Origin: Eledone cirrhosa
Lineage: Eukaryota
DNA length: 64,000 nucleotides
Assembly (NCBI GenBank): GCA_964016885.1
Contig: OZ024743.1
Location: 35,216,001-35,280,000 of the forward strand
Direction of reading: 5' to 3'
In this document: one piece after another, positions 24,670-35,700 of the stretch
Layout: every line of letters starts with the position of its first letter
Numbering within the stretch: the first letter of the stretch is position 1
Notes under the pieces: model-generated
What the model was told of the DNA's origin: nothing
Seen by the model: the letters and a program-made list of their open reading frames with translations, nothing else
Database searches by the model: none
Program-made: the position numbers and the translations under genes

Positions 24670-25192
24670 ATATTAATTCAAAATATTAACAAAATAGATA
24701 TTCTTGTGATCAATTATATTTTATTATACATATTTCAGAGGTACTGAGTTAAGTTCAACAGTACGTCCTCATCAGATAAAATAAAATGATACATAACATA
24801 CCCTCACATATTAGATGGTTAAGATTTAGTCATGGTAGTGATTAACTTATGACAAAACTCAATATTTATACCCTAATATTGAGAAGATGAGAGATAACAT
24901 AATACAAACAATAGAGAGGGTGTGTGTAATAGAATTTAAGAGATACATGGCATCAATATTGATGCCATGTATCTCTTAAATTCTATTACACAATAGGGTA
25001 TAAATATTGTCATAAGTTAATCACTACCATGACTAAATCTTGACCATCTAGTATGTCAGGGTATGTTATGTATCATTTTATTTTATCTGATAAGGACGTA
25101 CTGTTGAACTTAACTCAGTACCTCTGAAATATGTAAAATAAAATATAATTGATCACAAGAATATCTATTTTGTTAATATTTTGAATTAATAT
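24670..25192. repeat. 523-bp imperfect palindrome with a perfect 70-bp core and no spacer
   Basis: Arms are directly readable as reverse complements; centre CAAT|ATTG at 24957/24958. Confidence 0.93.
24713..24787 (-). ncRNA. Minimal type I hammerhead ribozyme motif (Penelope/retrozyme-like)
   Basis: Minus strand reads AUUUUAUUUUAU-CUGAUGA-GGACGUACUG[12 nt]CAGUACCUCU-GAA-AUAUGUAU-A^AUAAAAUAUAAU; stem I 11/12, stem II 9/10, self-complementary stem III. Confidence 0.7.
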
Positions 25193-25281
25193 TAATAACT
25201 CTGGAAACCCTTTTTTTTGTTGAGTGCTTCCAATCTATTGTAAAACTCATTCTTTGATGTATGCATTGAACCTTGTTTAAC

Positions 25282-25365
<84 letters not shown>

Positions 25366-25462
25366 GGGCCATGGTGCCCAAACACTGATTTGTAAGACTT
25401 CGCCAGGTGGTGCTATTAAGTTAGACATGGCCTGGGCCAATACTGGCCGAAACCTATCAAAG

Positions 25463-25515
<53 letters not shown>

Positions 25516-25583
25516 ATAAATACAATGACCAAAATCCAGAGAGGATTCCATAAAATTCACACATATATATATATATATATGCA

Positions 25584-25701
25584 ATAATTGTTTCTACTTT
25601 AGGCACAAGGCCAGCAATTACCCAGTGCATTACTGGTACTTTATTTTATCGACCCCGTAAGGATGAAAGGCAAAGTCAACCTCGGCGGGATTTGAACTCA
25701 G
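25584..25701 (-). mobile_element. SINE-A, 5'-truncated
   Basis: Family match. Confidence 0.85.
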
Positions 25702-26544
25702 ATATATATATATATATGTGTAATGTACACACACATATAAAGGGAGAGGGGATAAAATATGGGTTTATAAGAAGAGGGTTCAGCCGATATATTGGCCCAG
25801 GGTCCGAAAAGCCAAGGAGGGCCCCAGTGAATATCTGACGGCCTCCCATTGATATTTTGAAAGATCACTCCTGTCCGTCCGACCAGAAAGAACTTTTGTT
25901 CCGCCTTTCATTTTGTGTTTCTGATTAACACACACACACGTATGTGTGTGTGTGAGTGTGGTAGTGACGGCACTGCAAAATTAATGAGTACTTTGTTAGT
26001 TCTCAGTTGTTTTATCCCAGGTTTTCATCGAGCAACCTATGGTCAAAGGTGTTCCACACATGACCCTCTCGTTTTTGTCCAATGTATTCTTAAGATTGAT
26101 TTAACTGTTATTTCTAGCAGGTTGATTGACTGCATGGAGCTTCTCCACGTGTACCTATGACCTTGGGGATGATGTAAATGCTAACCATAGATTCTACTAG
26201 TTCAAAGAAAACCTATAATTGAGTACTAGAGCTAAGTTTCACCCCAAACACTGACATGATTGTTAAAAACTCACAAACACGTCTTCCTCAAATAATATCC
26301 TACTCTCTTAAATGAGGAAAGGGCAGATGTTTTAACTAAACAGAAATATCTATAGACATGTAGATGCTCCAGCCGTGACTATCCCTGTCTTTTTAGGGAT
26401 AGTCACGGCTGGAATATTTTTTATCATTAGTCAACTGGATCAAGGCTGATCTGGAGCTACACAAAAACCTGTCTTAAAAGCACTCGCTATACTATCTACA
26501 ATAGCCTCTCACCCTCTCCTTTCCAGCATGGACTAGTTACAACA

Positions 26545-27608
26545 GGGAGGTGGGTGAAGCTCTTCTACGATGGAGATAGCTGCGTTTGTCTGTTCCTGAC
26601 ACGGTAGAGGACAAACGGAGACATAGTTTGGGACAACATACCGAAGGCCATCTTTGACTCTCTCTTCAACCTGTCAGATCAGTTCTCTAGGTGCCGCCTA
26701 CTGTCTGCTAGCGTCAAATACTCAGGAGACTAGGTTGATGTCCTACCCGTGGCCAATATCGGTGGTCTATTCAGTTTCGATGAGCTTCGTGTCTTCATTG
26801 CCCTCAGAGTGGGAGCCGATATCTGTACAGGACTAAAATGCCGGTGTGGTAGGCCCCTCGACGCCACAGGCCTTCGCCGTCTATCTTGCCGTCTGAGGGC
26901 TTTGGCTCGGGCAAATATCTCAATTTTGGAACCGTTTGAGTTGTCCAGAATTGATCGGAAAAGACCTGAAGGTCTTGCCCCCTCCCTGAATAAGAGGCAG
27001 GTGTCTTATCTAGAACATCACAGTCAGTGACTTTTGCTTCTTCCCACACCCTGGATGCTACGGTTAGGGCGAGAGCTACTACTTCCATAGCCGAACGGAA
27101 CAACATTCTGAAATATCGAGATGTCTGTTAACTACCTTCTCCAGCCTATGGCGTTCGAGACGTTTGGGGGAGTCGGACTGCTGATCGCGAGGTTCTTGTC
27201 ATCACTGGCGACTCGCCTAACCGAGGTAACTGGTGATGCTCATGAAGGCGCTTGACTGTTCCAGCGCATCCGCCTCGCCATCACCCGAGGTAACGCTGCG
27301 ACCGTGCCGGATTGCCTAAAAAATTATTAGAGGTTCCAGTGCTCCTCGCGATATCGTTATCTTTTGTTCTGGCAGCGGTTTTTTGTCCACCCCTTTCGCT
27401 CGTGTGTATTACCTGCTTGTGCTTTTCTTTGCTTTTTTTCTCCTCTTCCTTTTGAAGCTATATCGTTTGTACATTTTTTTCTTTTTTGTTTCTTTTCCTA
27501 CTCTATTCTTTTTCTGCCTTACTAATTTTTCTTTCTTTTCTTTGCCTCTAAATATTTAATCTTATATATTTGTTGTATGGAAATAAAATCGACATTATGT
27601 ACAAAAAA
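26545..27608 (+). mobile_element. CRE-like non-LTR retrotransposon 3' remnant (zinc knuckle + restriction-like endonuclease)
   Basis: Encodes IALRVG...KCRCG, RKRPEG, PMAFETFG and FQRIRLAITRGNA; T-rich 3'UTR and AATAAA at 27582. Confidence 0.78.
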
Positions 27609-28189
27609 GCAACAACAAACAAAAAACTAGCTAGATGCATATCTCAACAATTGCGCTTTTCTAGCAAGGGGCAAAATATTCACTACAGTAATCTTATAGA
27701 TGTCCAAGTTGAACATAAACAATATTCAGATGATCCTTAACTTTAGCGCCTCTTTCAACATGATAGTAGATACAGATTGATGAGAATGGGAAGGGCTAAA
27801 CTCAAAAGATCACTCCAGCATTGGGAGGGCCTGTGAGGGTCTAATAAAGAGAGAAATAAAACACACGTATTATATGACTATAATGAAATATTTTTCTGCT
27901 TTGATTAGGATCAAGATTTGTGGGAGGGAGGAGCTCAGTATAGTGAAAGCCGCTTATTGTAATCACGGACAATATTAATTATCAAACGTTTATTACTATC
28001 AAAATTAGTGGGTCCCAAACACTGCTCATGATAGTGTTATATTCTTTAAAAGCCCCCGTCAAAAAAGAAAAGAAATCACAATCAGTGACTTCCATTATAT
28101 TAATGATACTTTAAATGCTGAAGGAGACATGAAAAAACAAAGTTAATTTCAGCGGGAACAGAAGTACTTATAAAGAATAAAAGTGTGAA

Positions 28190-28454
28190 TAGAACAGCGT
28201 CGAGAAGCATCAACAGGAAGCTAGTAACGAACGAGACAGGTAATCTCGTTTACTTCCTGTTAAACAGAAACCAAACGAAAATCTAGCCGAACAGTTTAGA
28301 ATACAGCACGGTACTGCGTCTTGTCGGAACGGTTTTCGGGCTAGGATTTAACTTTTGCAGGGATAGAAACATTGACTATTGTCAATTGATCGCTGACTTT
28401 ACTTATCATCAGCAACATTATAAACGATAACATTATTACCGCCAACAAGTGGCT
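28190..28454 (+). promoter_or_regulatory. Putative promoter/5'UTR of the peptidase gene
   Basis: Locally CpG-rich and repeat-free; two inverted ETS-like CAGGAAG sites (28212-28220 and 28253-28261) lie upstream of the ATG. Confidence 0.55.
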
Positions 28455-28599
28455 ATGGCACTGGGCAACTTTGAATACGTTTGTACAGTGAAAGCCAATG
28501 GCTATATTCCAGTATCGAAATACAAATCAAAAACTACAGGTCTGTCAGTGTTCGTTGCTGCTGTCGATGGACCGATTGTCAATGGATATTTCTGTTTAG
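28455..28599 (+). CDS. M16 peptidase exon 1 (MALGNFEYVCTVKANG...NGYFCL)
   Basis: ATG at 28455; donor G|gtaaaa; phase 1 matches exon 2. Confidence 0.88.
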
Positions 28600-30859
28600 G
28601 TAAAACAGTTACTCACTCTTTCTCCACTTTTTTTTATAACTTTGTTTACTGATTGTCTTTCTTTGCCCTATCGTACACACTTTTTTGTTTGTTTGTCACA
28701 GAACTGCAGTCTCTTTTCTCTTGCCCCCTCCCCTGTATTTGACACAAATGTACACACGACAGACACTTTTTTGGTATTCCCCTTTTTATTTTACTTCTAT
28801 TTACTGAACACACAGAACATATCTCACATACATCACATAGCCTTTGTTGCTCGACCCGTTAGTAACAGTAACGGAATTCCCTTCTACCACAAACTACCAA
28901 CTTTAAAAAATCGACACATTGACCAACGTTTGTTGTCCTAGATATATATTTTTAAACGGTAATGGCTTGAACGCTTTCGATCGGAGTTCTACTCATCAAG
29001 GTTAACTTGGTGCTAAACAACAACACAGCTTGAATATGGATCGTTCTGACAGTTTCTATCTGCGTCTTTCTTCATTTTGTCTATCTTTCTCTCACAGATC
29101 ATTTCCTATCATTTATTATTGTCGGTCTTTCTCATATATCCCACTCTAATCTTGTCTGTCACCACCACAATTTTTATTGTCATTTCGTTGTGTTTATGTT
29201 TTGAGACAGTTGACACTTTTCAATTCTCAATGATTTCTTCGTATTCTGACAGAAGAAATGCTATTTCACATACCATTAGCGAAGAAAGGGCCACAATAAG
29301 AAAATTGTTTTCCCCTCCCAGCCCCTAAAATAGACACAACCGAATCAGAATTGAAATTGAAAAATTCATAATAGAAAAGTGTCAACATCTTATAGTTGTT
29401 ATTCATATTATGGGGAAAAGAAAAAAAAAATTGTTTTCATTTTCTATACATGAAAATCAAAAATTAAAAAAGAAAACTAAAGGAAAATTTTTGTTAACGA
29501 ATGAGTATAAAGAAGAAAAAAAAATTTTTTCTATAAATGTTGTTAAATTATCTTTTAAAGTTGAATTTTTAGCGTTTTTCTCAGGTTTTGTAACTAGGTG
29601 AGTGGTCACGTGATGCTATGACGTGGTATCTCTGCGACAAACGCACGCGTTTACTATATTTAGTAATTTAGCCCTTACATTTGTAAACAGTTATATACCT
29701 TAGTTACGAAATAAACAATTTTTGCCTGTGGTTGTTACTATGGAAACAAAATTCTAACGTAACAGACGCTTTTTAAAAAATTTAAAATCTGTTTATTTTT
29801 TTTTTTTTCCAAATTGCGTGGGTGGTGAGAATTTTATTTGAATGAACGTTTTTACAGCCGAATGCCCTTTCTAAATAAAGTTAATAGGGTGTATCCCCCC
29901 CCCCCTTATAATTTGTTCAGTCAAGCAAGCAGAGTTATGTGCCTTGCTCAGGGCACAACACACGGTTGTAGAAATAAGGTTTGAAACAAGGTTATCAGTA
30001 GGGCTCTCTGGAAAACACCCGTGAGCTGATAGGAATTCACTTGGCCTCTGATAGTAATTTTGTTTGGTTTTTTCATCAGAGCATTTGCTCAAGAATGTAG
30101 AAACTGCTATATTGTTGATTACATTAAGGAAAGGACCCTTACCAAATTAACCTTCATAGTTCTAATTAAGATTCTTTGACTGCACCAGGCAGCCTGTGAG
30201 GGCTTATTTAGTACCTTCAACTACAATTCGAATCCAGGCAGAGGGACGCAGCTCCCACTGGTCTCAGAGGCCACCAGATGAAATATGTAATTACAGTAGA
30301 TTCATGTATTATTCATAGTTGTGTGTAATTGAATATATGCATACTAACGAAATTGTGTACATCAATGATGTAATGTTTGCTGAAAGCATTTGTTACTTAA
30401 AATGTACAAATTATTATTATAATTGTTTTTGTTCTTTTAACTTAAGATGCACTCCATTGTTATATGCTGACAATAACAGTTTTCATTTTTGTATATATAT
30501 ATATATATATATAACATAATCATATACATAATCGTTGCTGTCGTTTTAACATCCATACGTCCACTTTCCCTCCTTGCAAGGGTTTGACAGATCTACTGAA
30601 GCAGGGCTACTGATCTCCAAGACAAGCCAGAGATTTGTCATCTCACTTACGTATAGTCTCACATTCTACTGACTGCACCGGAGAATCTGTCATGTCTTTG
30701 ACACAACTGAGGGTCCTCCTCACCGTTTGTTTGGCAAGCTTTTTATGGCTAGATGCCCTTCCTATCACCAACCACTTTACAGCATATACTGGGTGTGTTT
30801 ATCGTGTAGATCACCAAATACTAGGAAGGCTGTCATATCCTTGACACACACACACACAC

Positions 30860-30903
<44 letters not shown>

Positions 30904-31884
30904 TAGAAAGAGAGCAAGAGAGAGAGATATAGTAAATGACCAATAAGTTTTTTAAAAGCCTGTGCACCAGCTTTTAAAAAATTATTGGTCATTTACTAAT
31001 ATATATATATATGTATGTGTCTGTGTGTACATGCATATAAGAAGAGTATTACAATCAGACTCTTATCAATGTTCGAATCTGTTTTGTTATATGGTTGCAA
31101 GACACAGGAACTTACACAGATGGTTCTTAACATAACTTGGAAGAGCCATTCCACCAAAATGGGAGTTTATGATGGTCTGCCAAAGTTAGCTCACTGTGTG
31201 AAACATACCCTCAAATCTACTGCTATGGTAGCCAACTCCTATGTAGATTAACTGAGGGAGACAAACTCGCTAACTCCATTGATACCAGATTGAAAACTGT
31301 ATTAGTGATGGTAGATATTCACATACATATTTCAAAATTCTGGGAACATTCCCTTCATTAGCTGTTGATTGGAAATCTCAACCATTTCACTACCTCGTGA
31401 CCATATCACTCTCTGCAACAGTGCCAAATAGCATTGATATTACCTGGGAATGTCAATATTTTTTACCCATACAATAGCACAAGTTTTCCTTTCTCCATGC
31501 AGCCATCACAAAAATCTGGGTATTGTTGTAACCACTCCAACCCTTCAAAAATTATGATGTTTACTCCTTGCTGAGGGTTAGCTCTTAAAAATGCTTCTGC
31601 CACATCCATAATGAACCATTCCCTGATTCCCTTAAATCACCACTCTACTCCTTTTTAAGTCCAATACCAGCTAGGTAGAACATAATGGATGTGTTTACAA
31701 ATCCACGACAGCCCACATTTACTGAAAGCAATGTACACTGCCATCCTTGTCCCTCACATGGCTCCTTAATTTTTTTCATATTTTAGGTTCTTTCTTTCAT
31801 GCACCCATTTCATATTGCCATCCCAAAGCACTGTTAGCTCCACAGTGGAAAAGTATATGTGTACATATATGCATCTCGCTCTCG

Positions 31885-31947
<63 letters not shown>

Positions 31948-32657
31948 CATGTATGTATAACTCACCAGTTCAAGTGCATTGTGGGGGGGGGGGGGTAAAG
32001 AGTAGATTGTATGCTGCGAGTGTGAAAAGAGCGATGTTGTAAGGCAGTAAGGCATAGACGGTGAATGCATGGGATTTCCGAAAAACGGAGAGAAATAAAT
32101 AAGATACATGAAGAACGAAGCACGGATGAGCTGGCAGAAAAGCTACATTTGAGAGGAATCGGAAAAGATAATGATCGTTGGGTGAAGGAGTGCTAAATGT
32201 CTGTGGAAGGAAACTAGTAGAGGAAGACCTGGGCAGAATTTGTTGGGAGTTGTTCTCACTGAGATGAAGGAACGCATCAAATGGAAGCAGGTGGTGCTGG
32301 AGAAGACCCGCCCAGTCATTGTAAGAGTATAGAACAATGGATGTAAAAGGATGATACCCCCCGCTTTAGCTGGGAAAATAGTCTTAAAACGCTTGTTTGT
32401 ACTTATATATGGAATCATAATACGAATACATTAGGTATATTTCGTATTTTAAAAAATATATGAAGTCTCTAAAACGCAGCTTTCAAAATTTGTCGTTTAA
32501 ACGGTTCGTTACATTGACAGTAGAACGCTGTGTTAGAGTCGCTACTCCAGTCTTCGAATTTGAATTCTAACAACGTTGGAATATCTATGTATCCAAAATA
32601 TTGTTATACAAGAGTTATTTCCCCTATTAACGGCGTGTGAGTGTGTACGCTTATACA

Positions 32658-32744
<87 letters not shown>

Positions 32745-35700
32745 TAGTTATGCAATATTTTTTTTTATTTAAAAAAAGTGTCACCATCTAACTTCAGCAC
32801 AACAATATACTCTTCACTATGAGCACCTCACATTCGATATCGCCGCCAGACCCACGGCACCGTTTTTGCCGGTGTCAGTATCATTATAATAAAAGCAATA
32901 ATGAAATTATTGTGTACAGTGCTCAGGTGCACTACAACTCATCAAAGGTGCATGTATAGTACATAGAATAATATACAAATGTCAGGGAAGTGAATAGTGT
33001 ATGAGTCATGATATACATGTGCGTGTGTATGGAGAGGGAATATTAGATGTAGTGTTGGCGAATCTCAGGAAGCATGGGGGTTTTAAAGGATGCAGTGTCT
33101 CGACGCTAATAACTGATGCCAGGAGTTTGTTCCATGCTTCAGCAACTCTGAGCGTGAAAAAATGTTTCTGAAAGTCATGGGAGCTGTGCTGTTTTCTGAC
33201 TTTGTTGGCATGCCCAAGGTTGTTGTTGGCAAGATGGTTAACAATTTTGTGGTTGTTTACCAAGTCAGTTGCCAGACGTCGGAGCTTCAATGGATCCATG
33301 CCCAGGGAAGCAAGGCGTTCAGAGTATGGTAGGTGTTTGATGGAGGGTATGCATTTGGTTGCACGTCTCTGAACAGTTTCCAGGCGGTCAATGTTCTGAG
33401 CAAGATAGGGGTTCCAGACTGGTGATGCAAATCATTGCAGCTTCAGCACCATTGCAACTCTGTCATACAGTATTTATCCATTAGATAAATGTTGCTTCAT
33501 AGCCCTGTGGACAGAATGGCAAATGTGTTACCCTGGGGGATAGTGAGAAAGATGTACTGAAAGCTTGTGAGGCTCTTTCTTTAGGATGGCATCTCCACCT
33601 TGTTGGCTTGGTATCCTGAGATACCAAGGTGGAGATGTTTCCACCACAATAAGTTCAATGATAAACCTATCAGAGAGAAACTTTGTCAGCTTGCGATATT
33701 TGGCCTGTTGAGCAATAGAGCCTAGGTCTGATGCTGAATTCACCAGATTGCTTACCACCTCAGAACAGGAAAATTGGGATGCTATCCGACCTTTTACTGT
33801 CTTCTCAGTTTAATCATTGACTCATATTGCTCACATTAAAAAAACAAGGAATGAAATATAGTGGCATTTCCATTTAATAGATGAGTTGAGAGAGAAACTG
33901 TGTATAAGAGGGATAAGTTGTGGTATGCAGGAGAGAAGACTGAGATAGTATGGACATTTGATGCGCATGGAGGATGACCGCTGAGTAAAGAAGTGCCAAG
34001 AAATCCCAGTAGAAGGAAGCCGCAGTAGAGGAAGCCACGAAAAACATGGGCGGAGGTGGTGAAAGCAGACCTCAGATCGCTGAAGCTCACGGAGGAGATG
34101 ACGAAGGACCGTGACAAGTGGAGAGATGCTGTGCTGAATAGGACCCGTCCCACCCTTGCAAGCAGGGAAAAGCGGACGTAAAATGATGATGATGATGATG
34201 ATGTCTATCAAGCCAACAAAAGAGTCTCTCGATTTGCTAGAAATAGCTAAATATACATCTAATCCCACCCTACCATCTTAAAAATGCAAAGGACACATTG
34301 GACAATATAATCCTAGATATAAAAAAGGCAAGATAATCATTGGAATGTCTTTGATTGATGAGTCTACTAATATAGCCACTGTGCCAACGCAGAAGCATTT
34401 GTGGTTGTTACCTTATAGACATAGCAGCCAAATCTCCCTCAAATCCTATCCTTGAGCTGTGTCAAAGACATGACAACCTCCCTAACGCTGGTGTCAAAAT
34501 ACATTCAGTAGAGCATGGGATCATATGCTAGCAAGTTATGGACTACCTGTCCATTTGAGCGCTCAGTGCAGTGCAAGAATGTATGTAAACAATATGCAAG
34601 CCCTCACCCCATATAGCAGGGAAAGCAAAAGTTACAACTAGAATATCAGTAATAGAGCTAACCTGGAGTTACACAAATAAATATAGCATGAATCTCCCAA
34701 CCCTCATCTAAACTATAATAAAGTAAGGAGTGTGGGACTGCGTACGGTTTATTTCTTTTAATTCAGTTAGTAAAATAAGTTCGATTACTTTGATTAAATT
34801 GTTTCTACTTTAGGCACAAGGCCAGCAATTACCCAGTGCATTACTGGTACTTTATTTTATCGACCCCGTAAGGATGAAAGGCAAAGTAAACCTCGGCGGG
34901 ATTTGAACTCAGACCGTAAAGGGACGTAACTATGCTGGAAAGCATGGCGGCCGACTCTACCGATACTGCCAATTCACCGTCCTTTGAATAAATAATTGTT
35001 TCTACTTTAGGCACAAGGCCAGCAATTATCCAGTACGTTACTGGTACTTTATTTTATTGACCCCGTAAGGATGAAAGAAAGGCAAAGTTAACCTCGGCGG
35101 GATTTGAACTTAGACTGTAAAGGGACGTAACTATGCTAGAAAGCATGGCGTCCAACCCTCTACCGATACTGCCAATTCACCGCCCTTTGAATATAAATAA
35201 TTTTATTGCTTATTTAAAATTGATTTCTTTTCAAAGTTTCAAATTTCTACATTTCCGGTATATCGCCGTCACCACCACCACCACTACCATATATATAGAA
35301 AGAGAATGTGTGATGAGAGAGATAGAGTGATTATGATTTTCTACACGCTGACGCGTATCTGTATGTGCACATACATACATCTGTATGTATGAATATATAA
35401 CTATAATCGCACAAACACAAACTTATAAAAATACACGCTCACAGACATACATTCACACAAATACACATACTTTTACACAGACTTTCACACAAACACATAC
35501 ATACATTCACACATATACATTTACACAAACACACACATACAGTCATGACAGCAGCGTTCGGTGAATTGGAACTCTTTATTTATTTATTAACTCTTTTTTT
35601 AAAAACTCATTTAATATAATGATTACAGAACAAAAACACTAACAAATATACAAAGGAAAGGGAAAGGAAAACAGAAAGAGAAAAAAATAAACAAGCACGT

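Noticed and set aside
25075-25150. Second active hammerhead on the + strand
   Set aside because: The core is mutated (CUGAUAA; U16.1 replaced by A).
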